Made by a program: the position numbers and the translations under genes. Below the pieces are notes generated by a model, which was given only the letters and a program-made list of their open reading frames with translations, had not been told where the DNA came from and did not search any database. 64,000 bases of DNA from Candidatus Multivoradales bacterium (GTDB lineage: Bacteria > Acidobacteriota > Thermoanaerobaculia > Multivoradales > Multivoraceae), in the NCBI GenBank assembly GCA_965223325.1, contig CBDCWI010000002.1:672001-736000 (forward strand), given 5' to 3'. Positions 40,049 to 49,787 of this stretch are shown one piece after another (positions within the stretch are counted from its first letter, which is position 1; the number at the start of each line of letters is the position of its first letter).

Positions 40049-41433
40049 ATGGTCATCCCACAACAGCCCAGCCCGTATCTGCGTCGATTCCCCGCGCTTC
40101 TCGTTCTCCTGACGCTCGCCTGGGGCGGAGCGGCAGCTCTTGCGTCAGAGCCGCCGCAGCATGTTCTGTTGATCACCGCCGACACCCTACGCGCCGACGC
40201 CCTCACTCCCTACAACGAAGCGAAGCGCACACCTCAGATCAGCGAGCTCGCCGCAGAGGGCGTCGTCTTCGACGACGTGTTGACCACGATCGGCAAGACC
40301 GGGCCCGCCATCTCGTCGCTGTTCACCTCGCACTATCCGCCATCTCACGGTGCACGTCGCAACGGCATCCCCATGCGTCAAGACCTGCCGACCCTGGCCG
40401 GTGTCCTGAGCGAGCACGGCTTCTCTACCGCCGCCTTCATCTCCAACTGGACCCTGCGTTCGAACCTCTCCGGCAACCATCGGGGTTTCGACCACTACGA
40501 CCAGGAGTTCACCCACAAGCGCTACGGCGTTGGGCGCATGGCGGAACGCGAGGCCTCCGACGTCGTGACCTCGGCGGTCGAGTTCTACGCCGGCGACAAG
40601 GGCGCTTCTAGTACCACTGAACGGCGCTTCTTGTGGATTCACTTCTCCGAACCGCACAGCCCCTACGAGCTGCACCGGGGCCACATTCCGCGCCCGGAAG
40701 ACGCCAGTCCCGCCAGTCGCAAACGCCAGGCCTACGCCAGCGAGGTGCGGCTCGTCGATCACTGGACCGGCCGTGCGCTCGAACGCCTGGCACCCTGGTT
40801 CCCGCCCGACCAGACCCTTGTCATCTTCACTGCCGACCATGGCGAGAGCCTCGGTGAACACGACTACTGGGGTCACGGCAAGAACACCCACTGGCCCAAC
40901 CTCCAGATTCCGCTGGTGCTCAGAGGCCCCGGCCTGCCAGCCGGCCAACGCCGCAACGCTCCCGCTTCGATTCTCGATGTGCTACCGACGACCCTCGGTC
41001 TGCTCGGCATCGAGGCACCCGGGAACTGGAGGGGGTCGACCTCACCGAGGTCGCCACCGGTGGTCACCATCAGTTGGACAAACGCACCCGCCACGCCTTC
41101 GCCGACCGCGGAGCAGCGCTCTCGACGAGCGCCGCCACCGGCGACCCGCTCGAAATCGCCCAGGTCGTCGGTCAACGCGGCGCAGGTGCGATCAAAACGG
41201 TCTACGACTTCACCAGCCGAACGGTCGCTCACTACGATCTCGATCGTGACCCCGGCGAGACCGAACCTCTCCGCCGCGCTCCGATCGAAGTCGAGCCCCC
41301 CTTACGCCGCCAGTTGGCCAGCTGGTACCGCGGCCTTTCGACGTTCGAACACGACGAACGCAACACGCTCTCGGACGCGGACCGTAACGAGCTCGAAGCA
41401 CTCGGTTACATCGAACCGAGCGAAGGTCGCTAG
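40049..41433 (+). pseudogene. Sulfatase-like hydrolase with a single-base frameshift at ~41021 (or a sequencing error)
   Basis: LITADTLRAD, HFSEPH and TADHGE in one frame; after GGG at 41021-41023 the C-terminus (ELEGVDL...ELEALGYIE) continues in another frame. Confidence 0.8.
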
Positions 41434-41452
41434 GGTCTTACTGAAGAATCCC

Positions 41453-42730
41453 TCAGGCCTCCTGCCTGCGGCGCACCTCTTCGAGAGCGCCCGGGCCAAA
41501 GCGGAGAATGTAGCGACCGAAGAACAAGGCGCCTCCCGCCACCAGGGTCCCGCCTGCGACCAGCACCAGGCGCTCGCCGAAACGGTCTGCCACCGCTCCG
41601 GCGGCGATGCCGGCGATCGGAAAGAAACCGAGAAACACCGTCGTGTGAATTGCCATCACCCGACCCCTCAAGCCCTCTGGGGCGATCGTCTGAAGAAGCG
41701 TGTTGGTCGTCGCCAGCTGCACCATGAAACAGAACCCGAGGAGCACCAGCGCCGGCAGGGCCATCACCAGCGTTCGGCTCTGTGCGAACACCACCAGCAG
41801 CACCCCGAACCCGAAGCCTGCGCCAACGACCCAGCGCTCGAGACCGCTGACCAGCCGCCGGGCGGCGAGGAGCAAGGCACCCACCAGTGCCCCGCTTCCC
41901 ACTGCGGCCTGTAGGTAGCCGAAGGTGTCCGGTCCGCCACCCAGCTGGCGCTCGGCGAACGACGGCAGCAACACGCCGTAGGGCATGCCAAAGATCGAGG
42001 TGACCAACAGGCAGCCGAGCAAGGCCAGAAGAGTCGGCTCACCTACAACGTAGAGAATCCCATCCCGGAGCTCCGCCAACACCGACGTGCGACCTGCGAC
42101 ATCGGGCTCATGGGCCGCAAGGCGCATGGCGATGAGCGCCAACACCACCGCCAGGTAGGCCAGGGCGTTGGCGAGAAAACACCATCCCTCACCGACCCAT
42201 GGAATCAAGAGACCAGCCACCGCCGGGCCGATCAAGCGCGCGCCGTTGAAGACCGCCGAGTTGAGTGCGATGGCGTTGGCGAGATCGTCCAGCCCTACCA
42301 GCTCAGGCAAAAAGGCCTGCCGGGTCGGGATCTCGAAGGCACGGGCGACTCCCGCCACCAAGGCGCACAGAAGAATGTGCCAGGGCAGCACCTGGCCGCT
42401 CAAGGTGAGAAGACCCAGCGCCAGGGCGGGAGCCATCGCCGACGACTGGGTGACGACCAGCATCCGACGCTTCTCGTGACGGTCCGCAAGCACTCCGGCA
42501 AACGGACTGAGTACCAACCCGGGACCCTGAATCGCCAGGGTCACGAGACCGACCCAGGCCGCCGACTCCGTCAGCCGAAAGACCAGCCAGGAAAGGGCCG
42601 TCCACTGCAGCCACAAACCCGTCAGTGAGACCGCCTGCCCGCCAATGAAGAGCCTGAAGTTGCGATGGCGAAGCGCGCGCAGCAGGTGGCGGCCACCACC
42701 CGGGGGTGGGGTTTCTTGTGACTTCGACAT
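41453..42730 (-). CDS. MFS transporter (MFS_3-like)
   Basis: ALRHRNFRLF, ADRHEKRR, PTRQAF, NAIALNS, LRGRVM. Confidence 0.9.
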   Translation of the reverse strand: MSKSQETPPPGGGRHLLRALRHRNFRLFIGGQAVSLTGLWLQWTALSWLVFRLTESAAWVGLVTLAIQGPGLVLSPFAGVLADRHEKRRMLVVTQSSAMAPALALGLLTLSGQVLPWHILLCALVAGVARAFEIPTRQAFLPELVGLDDLANAIALNSAVFNGARLIGPAVAGLLIPWVGEGWCFLANALAYLAVVLALIAMRLAAHEPDVAGRTSVLAELRDGILYVVGEPTLLALLGCLLVTSIFGMPYGVLLPSFAERQLGGGPDTFGYLQAAVGSGALVGALLLAARRLVSGLERWVVGAGFGFGVLLVVFAQSRTLVMALPALVLLGFCFMVQLATTNTLLQTIAPEGLRGRVMAIHTTVFLGFFPIAGIAAGAVADRFGERLVLVAGGTLVAGGALFFGRYILRFGPGALEEVRRRQEA

Positions 42731-42828
42731 ACCCGGGCATCCTTTCAGGTCTCTGAGCCTCGGAAGGAGCGGCACGGGAGCCGGCAGTTGGCCGGCACTG
42801 CGGAGTAGGCTGGCTCCCCGGTGAACCC

Positions 42829-42864
42829 CCTCTGAAGACCCCTTTGAAGACCCCTCTGAAGACC
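42829..42864. repeat. 3 x 12-bp direct repeat CCTyTGAAGACC
   Basis: 42829-42840, 42841-42852 and 42853-42864, in the MFS/rarD divergent gap. Confidence 0.8.
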
Positions 42865-42869
42865 GCTGT

Positions 42870-43787
42870 GTGACGACCACCGTGAACACCACTCGCATCT
42901 CTCGCCCTGGCGCCCTCTTCGCGCTCCTTGCCTACGTCGGCTGGGGCATCGCTCCCCTGTTCTGGAAGCTGATCGCCGACCTCCCCGCCGTTTCGATGTT
43001 GGCGCAGCGGGTCCTCTGGGCGATGTTGGTTTTCTGGATCATCACGATGGTCTCGCGGCGCACGAGGGAAGTGCGCGATTGCCTCACCGCCCGTCGCCTC
43101 GCCCCCCTGATCGCCAGCGCCGTCCTGTTGTCGATCAACTGGTTCACCTTCCTCTGGTGCGTGATCACCGAGCGGGTGCTCGAAGCCAGCCTGGGCTACT
43201 TCCTGACTCCGCTGGTCAACGTTGCCTTCGGAATGATCTTTCTCGGCGAGCGTCTACGCACCGCCCAATGGCTGGCGGTGGCCTTGGCGGCGACCGGGGT
43301 CTTCATTTTCGCCACTCAGGCAGCCGATCCACCCTGGCTGGCCCTGGTCCTGGCAGTCAGCTTCGGTCTCTACGGCCTGATCCGCAAGTCCGTCGCCACC
43401 GAAACCCTGGCAGCCGGAACCATCGAAACGACTCTCATGCTGCCGGTCGCCGCAGTCCTCCTGGTGGCCGGCGAACGCCTCGGTCTGGCCTCAGCCTGGG
43501 CTTCGGCAACCAGCTTTCAACAGTTCCTCCTGGTGGTCAGCGGCCTGGTGACCGCCCTCCCCCTCCTCTGGTTCGCCGCCGCAGCCCGCCGCCTACCACT
43601 CTCCACCCTCGGCTTCTTCCAGTACATCGCCCCGACCTCTCAGTTTCTCCTCGCCGTCCTGGTTTTCGGCGAAGCCTTCGGCCGCGTTCAACTCACCTGT
43701 TTCCTCTTCATCTGGAGCGCAGTCCTCGTCTTCGCCGCCGACACCCAGATCGCCGAACGCCGCTCCGCCACCATGGCCGCCATCTAG
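42870..43787 (+). CDS. rarD: EamA family transporter RarD
   Basis: EASLGYFLTPL, GERL, SFGLYGLIRK, GFFQYIAP. Confidence 0.92.
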   Translation: MTTTVNTTRISRPGALFALLAYVGWGIAPLFWKLIADLPAVSMLAQRVLWAMLVFWIITMVSRRTREVRDCLTARRLAPLIASAVLLSINWFTFLWCVITERVLEASLGYFLTPLVNVAFGMIFLGERLRTAQWLAVALAATGVFIFATQAADPPWLALVLAVSFGLYGLIRKSVATETLAAGTIETTLMLPVAAVLLVAGERLGLASAWASATSFQQFLLVVSGLVTALPLLWFAAAARRLPLSTLGFFQYIAPTSQFLLAVLVFGEAFGRVQLTCFLFIWSAVLVFAADTQIAERRSATMAAI

Positions 43788-43908
43788 CCAACCACCTCCA
43801 CTCCACCGCACCCTCCGTCACGCCAACGCCCAGGTCGCGAGGACACGCCAGAGCCTCTCCCCGAGGTGACCGACCGCGAGTTCTAGAGGGACGGAGCGTC
43901 CTTCCATA

Positions 43909-43955
43909 TGACAGGCTCCTGTCTTCTTGACAGCTCTCTGTCATTTCGACATACT
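43909..43955 (+). promoter_or_regulatory. sigma70 promoter with two overlapping TGACAG-N4-CTGTCW operators
   Basis: TTGACA 43927-43932, 17 nt, CATACT 43950-43955; palindromes at 43909-43924 and 43928-43943. Confidence 0.75.
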
Positions 43956-43962
43956 TCTGTCC

Positions 43963-44508
43963 ATGACGGACGCACGACCCCTCAGCGCCCCCCGCCGGGC
44001 TGTCGCCGATCCCACGATCGGCTCGCTGATGCGTGAGACCTCCAGCCTCAACGGCCGCTTCCAGGAAGCCTCCGAGCGCGCCGGCCGACTCGGCGGCCTC
44101 AGCTTCGCCCACTGGCAAGTCGTCGCCGAGGTCGCGCCCCGCCCCTACACCGTCGCCCAGGTCGCCAGGCGCCTCAACCTCGCCCGTCAAAGCGTCCAGC
44201 GCACCGTCGACCTCCTGGTGCGCGACGGCTACCTCGAGCTCCGCCCCAACCCCGACCACCGCACCTCGCTCCTCGTCACCCCCACTGAAACCGGCCGTCT
44301 GGCCCTCGACACCGCAGCCCATGCCCAGGTCGAGTGGACTCGCCAGCTCGCCGAAACCGTCAACCCACCAGAAGTCGAGGCGGCCGTCGATCTGATGCGG
44401 CAGATCAGCCATCGCCTCGACCAGATCGAGATCGAGCTCGCGCTCCCCGAAAACGACCTCGCCGACCCGACCTCGAACGACGAAAGAACGTCGCAAGGAG
44501 ATAAGTAG
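43963..44508 (+). CDS. MarR family transcriptional regulator
   Basis: TVAQVARRLNLARQSVQRTVDLL...NPDHR winged HTH. Confidence 0.9.
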   Translation: MTDARPLSAPRRAVADPTIGSLMRETSSLNGRFQEASERAGRLGGLSFAHWQVVAEVAPRPYTVAQVARRLNLARQSVQRTVDLLVRDGYLELRPNPDHRTSLLVTPTETGRLALDTAAHAQVEWTRQLAETVNPPEVEAAVDLMRQISHRLDQIEIELALPENDLADPTSNDERTSQGDK

Positions 44509-44874
44509 ATGTCACGAGTGACCCTGATCAACCCGTTCGAAGTCGAGGCGAGTCGCGAACTCGAGTTCCTCGGCTACTGGCAACAGGCGATGAACTTCCT
44601 CAAACGTCGCCCCGGCTTTCTCGAGTCGGAACTCGTTCGAGCGCGTGACCCCCACGCCCGCTTTCGGTTCACCAGTCTGCAGACCTGGAACTCAGCAGAT
44701 GACTTTCACCGTGCCATCCAGCACCCGGACTTCGTGACCATCCTCGATCGGATGCCCTTCCCCCACTACGCCACTCTCTACGAACCCTTCCTCAAAGCCC
44801 ACCCCGACCCGGGACCGCTTCGCCCGCCAGTCTCCGACCAGGCAGCCAGCGCTTCCGCCCATCCCCCAGCCTGA
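44509..44874 (+). CDS. Antibiotic biosynthesis monooxygenase (ABM) family protein
   Basis: VTLINPFEV, PGFLES, W.S..DF; RBS AAGGAG. Confidence 0.8.
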   Translation: MSRVTLINPFEVEASRELEFLGYWQQAMNFLKRRPGFLESELVRARDPHARFRFTSLQTWNSADDFHRAIQHPDFVTILDRMPFPHYATLYEPFLKAHPDPGPLRPPVSDQAASASAHPPA

Positions 44875-45017
44875 GGCTCCCACCCCCTTGCAGCACCCGA
44901 TCTAGAACCAGACCCGCTACGCGCTCGTTGGGCACCCAGAGCCGCGTACACGATCCCCTTGCCCCCGCTGGCCATCGTGGCCACGGGGGTTTCTTTTCTC
45001 GCGCCACCCGACAAGCG

Positions 45018-46586
45018 CTAGGAACGCGCAGCGCCGCGCAGCTCGCGGCGCAGAATCTTGCCCACCCCGCTCTTGGGCAGCGCGTCCACGAACTGAATGG
45101 CGGAAGGTGCCTTGAAGGGCATGGTGTGCTCCTTCACGAACCCGACGAGCTCGGCCTCTGTCGCTTGGGCGCCGCCCTTGAGGGCCACGAAGCCCACGAC
45201 CTTTTCACCATAGGTCTCATCCGGCGCGCCGACAATGGCAGCCTCGGCGACCGCGGGATGCTGATAGAGAATGCTTTCGAGCTCGGCCGGGTAGATGTTC
45301 TCGCCGCCTTTGATGATCATGTCCTTCTTGCGGTCAACGATGAACAGAAAACCTTCTTCGTCGAGATACCCCACGTCGCCGGTGTGCAGCCAGCCGCCCT
45401 GAATGGCCTCGGCTGTCGCCTCGGGACGGTTCATGTACCCCATCATGACGGTCGGCCCCTTGAGAACCACTTCACCACGCTCCCCCGCCGGCAGGACCGC
45501 GCCAGAATCGTCGACGATGCGAAGTTCAGTCTCCGAGTACGCGCGCCCCGCCGAGCCGGGCCTGTACGCGTCGGACGGGCGATTGGCGCTCGCGATGCCG
45601 GCGCTTTCGGTCATGCCATAGATCTCACGCAACCGGCAGCCGTAGCGCGCGGCGAAGGCGTTGGCCAGTTCCACCGGCAACGGCGCCGCCCCGCAAACGA
45701 CCTCTTCAAGACTCGACAGGTCGTACTCGGCGTTCTTCGGATGGTTGAGAATCAGCGCCAGCATCGTCGGCACCGCCGGCATCGAACTGCAGCGGTGCTC
45801 CTCGACGAGGGCCATGAAACGCTCGGGCTCGAACCAGCTCATTTGCACCATGTAGCCATCTGCCAGACGCTCGGGCACCAGGTAGCCACCGTTCATCACC
45901 CCGACTCCGAAGATGTGGGCCATCGGCATCGCAGAGATGCTGATGCGCGGAGCCTCGAGCGTCTCGAGCTCGGCAGCATCGGCCGACTGACGCGCAGAAG
46001 CGATCAGGTTTCCATGCGACAGCATGGCGCCCTTCGGTCGGCCCGTGGTGCCCGAGGTGTACAGCATGAGCGCGAGATCGTCTTCGGGAATCTCCGGCAG
46101 CTCGGTGCGCGGTTGGTGAGCGAGGAGCTCGGCCAGCGAAACTTCCGTCACTGCCCGGGCCAGGGACTCTCCGCCGTCACTCGTGACGTTCTTGGCATCG
46201 CGGATCACGATCAGCTCGATCGCGGGAAGCTCCTGGGCCACCTGACGCACCTTCTCCAGGTTCGCCGCATCGGTGAACACGCAACGGGCTCGCGTGTCGT
46301 CGAGAATGAACTGCAACTCTGGCGGCGCCAGCTGTGGCATCACCGGCAGCGCCGCGGCACCGGTGCGAAAGACACCCTGGAAGACCGGGTAGACGTCCGG
46401 GTGGTTCGTCAGACACAACGCCGCGATATCGCCGCGGCCAATGCCCCGTTCCGCGAGACCGGCGTGCAGCCGCCGTGCACGCTCCAGGAACTGCTTGTTG
46501 GAGTAACTCTCGCCCTCGAAGACCAACGTTCGGCGTTCTCCGAGGCGCTCGAGCGAGCTTTCGGCGAGCGTCGCCAGATTGTTCAT
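45018..46586 (-). CDS. Long-chain acyl-CoA synthetase (AMP-binding)
   Basis: YTSGTTGRPKG, YGMTE, GWLHTGD, DRKKD, LPKSGVGK. Confidence 0.92.
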   Translation of the reverse strand: MNNLATLAESSLERLGERRTLVFEGESYSNKQFLERARRLHAGLAERGIGRGDIAALCLTNHPDVYPVFQGVFRTGAAALPVMPQLAPPELQFILDDTRARCVFTDAANLEKVRQVAQELPAIELIVIRDAKNVTSDGGESLARAVTEVSLAELLAHQPRTELPEIPEDDLALMLYTSGTTGRPKGAMLSHGNLIASARQSADAAELETLEAPRISISAMPMAHIFGVGVMNGGYLVPERLADGYMVQMSWFEPERFMALVEEHRCSSMPAVPTMLALILNHPKNAEYDLSSLEEVVCGAAPLPVELANAFAARYGCRLREIYGMTESAGIASANRPSDAYRPGSAGRAYSETELRIVDDSGAVLPAGERGEVVLKGPTVMMGYMNRPEATAEAIQGGWLHTGDVGYLDEEGFLFIVDRKKDMIIKGGENIYPAELESILYQHPAVAEAAIVGAPDETYGEKVVGFVALKGGAQATEAELVGFVKEHTMPFKAPSAIQFVDALPKSGVGKILRRELRGAARS

Positions 46587-48220
46587 GGGCCAGCTGCCTC
46601 GGCGAGCGCGGGGGCGTCTTTGGCTACCCAATTGCCATGGAACCCGAGTGGAAAGTGGTTGCCCGTCCACACCCGGGCGGCAAAATCGAGTGTTTCTGCG
46701 TCGCGAATCTCGAGAAAGTTCTCATCGCGCGGCGCGTCATAGCCCTGCACCAGGAGCCAGCCGTCGACTTCATCCTTGGCGCTCTGGCGTGCAACGAAAA
46801 CCGTCTCGCCAAACGCACGTCCCGAACCAGCTTCGACCCGGTCGGCGCTCTTCTTGTGCAGGTCATGACGCACCAAAGCGGTCAAAGCGAACTGATCGTC
46901 TGGAATGGTGCTCTCCATCGTGTAGAGATAGCGCGCATCCTGACCGACGTGCCGGGTGTTGAAGCGTGGGAACTCCTGATCGTTCTCGAGCTCGGTACGG
47001 CTCGCGACCTGACCGCTCTCGAGGTCGAGCTCGAGACGTGTCAAGCGGGGTTCATCCGCCGGCGGTAGCTTGTCGTTGGCAAACGAGTGCAGGAGCTCGA
47101 GCACGCTGTCGTCGCGGGTCAGAATGGTGTCGACCACCAGGAGGCGCTCGCGCTCGAAGGCATTGCCATTGTGGAACACCATGTTGGCCGGCTGCTCGAA
47201 GACCTGCGGCTCACCAGTCCCGTCGCGCCGCAGCACCAGGAAGCGAGTCGGTTCCTGCTCGAGGTATCGCAGCGCGTCGGCGACGTTGGTCTTGCCGGCC
47301 AGGAGCACCGGCAGGTCGAAACTCACCGGCGGAATGACGAACACGATGTGGTTCTTGGTCAAGAGCATGTCGTGGATCATGAAGTAGCGCGACTGGGGCA
47401 CCGAGTGGAGTGTCTCGAGAGTGCCGTCGGGCTTCATCTTGAAGACCGTCAAGGAGAAGCCTGGCCCCTGCGCGATGCCGTAACCGTAAGTCTCGCCGGT
47501 GGTCGGGTCGTGTTTCGGATGGGCGGTGAAGGGGATGTAGGGCGGCAAGGTGCCGTGAAAATCCCATCGACCCTGGAAGGCGAAGGTCTCTGGGTCGATC
47601 GCCGTCGGATGGCCGCCTTCGGAGAGACCCAGCAGGCGGCCGTCCCAGGCGATGACATTGACGTTGGGCTGGTTCTTGAACAGCACCCGCTCCATCGGAC
47701 GGGCTGGCTCCTGGGAGCCAGTGGCGGCTTCGACCCGTGCTGCGGGTGGGAGAGTGCCGAACTCGGCGTACAACATCTCGCCCGCCTCGAGCTCGGCCTG
47801 GCGCTCGGGTGTGGGTACAAAACCGGCGCGCAGGGAGACCTTGCCGTCCTCGATCTTGAAAGCGGACACGAAGGGATCGCCGTCGAAGAGGTGCTGCAGC
47901 TCGGTGCCATGGTTCTCGCTCTGGCCGGGCGCGATACGAAACAGGGTGCCGGCGAGATCGGTCGGCACACGGCCCTCGACCTCACTGAGCTGCCATCGGC
48001 CTTCGGCACCGGCAGTGCGGTTGGCCATCCAACTCAGGCGACGGGGACTCTCTGCCAGGGCTCGGGTGACGAACTGCGGGTCGAGACAGCCCAGCGCACC
48101 GAGCACCGAAACCAGACCGGCGAAATCGCGGCGCGTCATGCCGGAGGTGCTCTGGGTCCGACACGAGGGAAAGGGAATGGACCGACGGTGCCCGATGTTG
48201 AAGGATTCGTTACGCGGCAT
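46583..48220 (-). CDS. Carotenoid/lignostilbene cleavage dioxygenase family protein with twin-arginine signal
   Basis: HLFDGD, four Fe-ligand His (TAHPK, MIHD, FHNGN, GFHGNW), EFPR; TRRDF + hydrophobic stretch + ALA; RBS AGGAGG. Confidence 0.88.
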   Translation of the reverse strand: MPRNESFNIGHRRSIPFPSCRTQSTSGMTRRDFAGLVSVLGALGCLDPQFVTRALAESPRRLSWMANRTAGAEGRWQLSEVEGRVPTDLAGTLFRIAPGQSENHGTELQHLFDGDPFVSAFKIEDGKVSLRAGFVPTPERQAELEAGEMLYAEFGTLPPAARVEAATGSQEPARPMERVLFKNQPNVNVIAWDGRLLGLSEGGHPTAIDPETFAFQGRWDFHGTLPPYIPFTAHPKHDPTTGETYGYGIAQGPGFSLTVFKMKPDGTLETLHSVPQSRYFMIHDMLLTKNHIVFVIPPVSFDLPVLLAGKTNVADALRYLEQEPTRFLVLRRDGTGEPQVFEQPANMVFHNGNAFERERLLVVDTILTRDDSVLELLHSFANDKLPPADEPRLTRLELDLESGQVASRTELENDQEFPRFNTRHVGQDARYLYTMESTIPDDQFALTALVRHDLHKKSADRVEAGSGRAFGETVFVARQSAKDEVDGWLLVQGYDAPRDENFLEIRDAETLDFAARVWTGNHFPLGFHGNWVAKDAPALAEAAGP

Positions 48221-48389
48221 GCTGCCTCCTTTGTCCGGCTGAAAGAAACCTGCTGATCGAAAAGCACTGCCGACTGACGGACGGTGCGGCCGGCCAACGG
48301 TTAGAGTCGGCTCGATCCCGAGAGGGCCTACGCACCCCTCGCGACCCAAACAGTCTCTCACCCCTCGCAAGATAGCTGGAGTTTCTCAG

Positions 48390-48638
48390 ATGGTCCGACT
48401 CTACTTCGATCGTTCTTGTCCCTTCTGCCAACGCGTGTTGCGCTACCTCGACTCCACCGAGATCGAGTGGGAGGCGCGCGAGCTTTCGACCCGTCAGGAC
48501 TCCGACAACCGCAACGAGCTCATCGAGCTCGGCGGGAAATCTCAGGTGCCGTTTCTGGTCGACGACAGCCGCGACGTCAAGATGTACGAGAGCGGCGACA
48601 TCATCGACTACCTCGAAGAGCACTACGCCGCCGCTTGA
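48390..48638 (+). CDS. Glutaredoxin/GST N-terminal domain protein
   Basis: CPFC, GGKSQVPFL, MYESGDII. Confidence 0.88.
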   Translation: MVRLYFDRSCPFCQRVLRYLDSTEIEWEARELSTRQDSDNRNELIELGGKSQVPFLVDDSRDVKMYESGDIIDYLEEHYAAA

Positions 48639-48788
48639 GGGCAGAACCGCCCGCACCACGCGGGGCTGTGGGGTGGGCTACACTGCCGATCCCTTTGTGA
48701 CCGACTGATTGCGCAGAGCACACTGCCTACCAGGCCGCCGCACGGCTGCCTCGAGGGCCATCGTGTGCATGCTGGAAGGAGCTTTTCG

Positions 48789-49787
48789 ATGACCAGAACC
48801 CGCCAGGTCCACCTCGCCGCCCGCCCCGAAGGCCGTCCCGATCCGAGCCACTTCAAAGTCGTCGAGATGGACTTGCCCGAACCGGGCGACGGCGAATTCC
48901 TGGTCGAGAACGAGTTCATGACGGTCGATCCGTACATGCGAGGCCGCATGCGGGACGTCAAATCGTACGTGCCACCCTTCCAGATCGACGAAGTCCTCGA
49001 CGGCGGCTCGGTGGGGCGCATTGTCAGTTCCAACAACCCCGACTGGAAAGAGGGCGAGTGGGTTCTCGGAGGCCAGGGCTGGCGCGAGCACTACATCAGT
49101 GACGGCACCGGCCAGCGCAAGATCGATCCGGAGATCGCTCCCCCTTCGGCCTACCTGGGCGTTCTGGGAATGCCGGGCATGACGGCCTACATCGGCCTGC
49201 TCGACCTCGGTGAGCCCAAAGAAGGCGAAACGGTCTTCGTCTCCGGCGCCGCCGGTGCGGTCGGCAGCGTCGTCGGCCAGATCGCCAAGATCAAGGGTTG
49301 CCACGTTGCCGGTAGCGCCGGCTCGGCTGACAAGGTCAAACACCTCATCGACGATCTCGGCTTCGACAGTGCCTTCAACTACAAAGACGGCGATCTGCAC
49401 AAACAGCTCGCCACCGCCTGCCCCAATGGCATCGACATCTACTTCGAAAACGTCGGCGGGCCGATGCTCGAAGCGGTGCTGATGCACATGAAGCCCTTCG
49501 GTCGAATCCCGGTGTGCGGAATGATCTCGCAGTACAACGCGACCGAGCCGGTCCCCGGGCCGAAGACCATCATTCAGGTCATTCCCAACCGCCTCAAGAT
49601 CCAGGGCTTCATCGTCTCCGACCATTTTGACCGGCTCCCTGAGTTCACCCGCGATGTCGCCGGCTGGATCAGGGAAGGCAAGATCAAGGCCCGCGAGACC
49701 ACCTTCGAAGGCATCGAGAAGGCACCCGATGCCTTCATCGGCCTGTTCTCCGGGGAGAACCTGGGGAAGATGCTCGTCAAGTTGTAG
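48789..49787 (+). CDS. NADP-dependent oxidoreductase (CurA/PTGR family)
   Basis: VDPYMRGRM, GMPGMTAY, SGAAGAVGS, YFENVGG, CGMISQYN, GENLGK. Confidence 0.92.
   Translation: MTRTRQVHLAARPEGRPDPSHFKVVEMDLPEPGDGEFLVENEFMTVDPYMRGRMRDVKSYVPPFQIDEVLDGGSVGRIVSSNNPDWKEGEWVLGGQGWREHYISDGTGQRKIDPEIAPPSAYLGVLGMPGMTAYIGLLDLGEPKEGETVFVSGAAGAVGSVVGQIAKIKGCHVAGSAGSADKVKHLIDDLGFDSAFNYKDGDLHKQLATACPNGIDIYFENVGGPMLEAVLMHMKPFGRIPVCGMISQYNATEPVPGPKTIIQVIPNRLKIQGFIVSDHFDRLPEFTRDVAGWIREGKIKARETTFEGIEKAPDAFIGLFSGENLGKMLVKL

Noticed and set aside
38987-41914. 975-aa ORF
   Set aside because: Artefact: only 40049 to about 41021 is real coding; the rest overlaps other genes out of frame.
44928-46742. Long antisense ORFs (also 23622-24788, 32802-34043, 47087-48256, 10705-12000)
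   Set aside because: Shadow ORFs opposite well-supported genes, expected in high-GC DNA.
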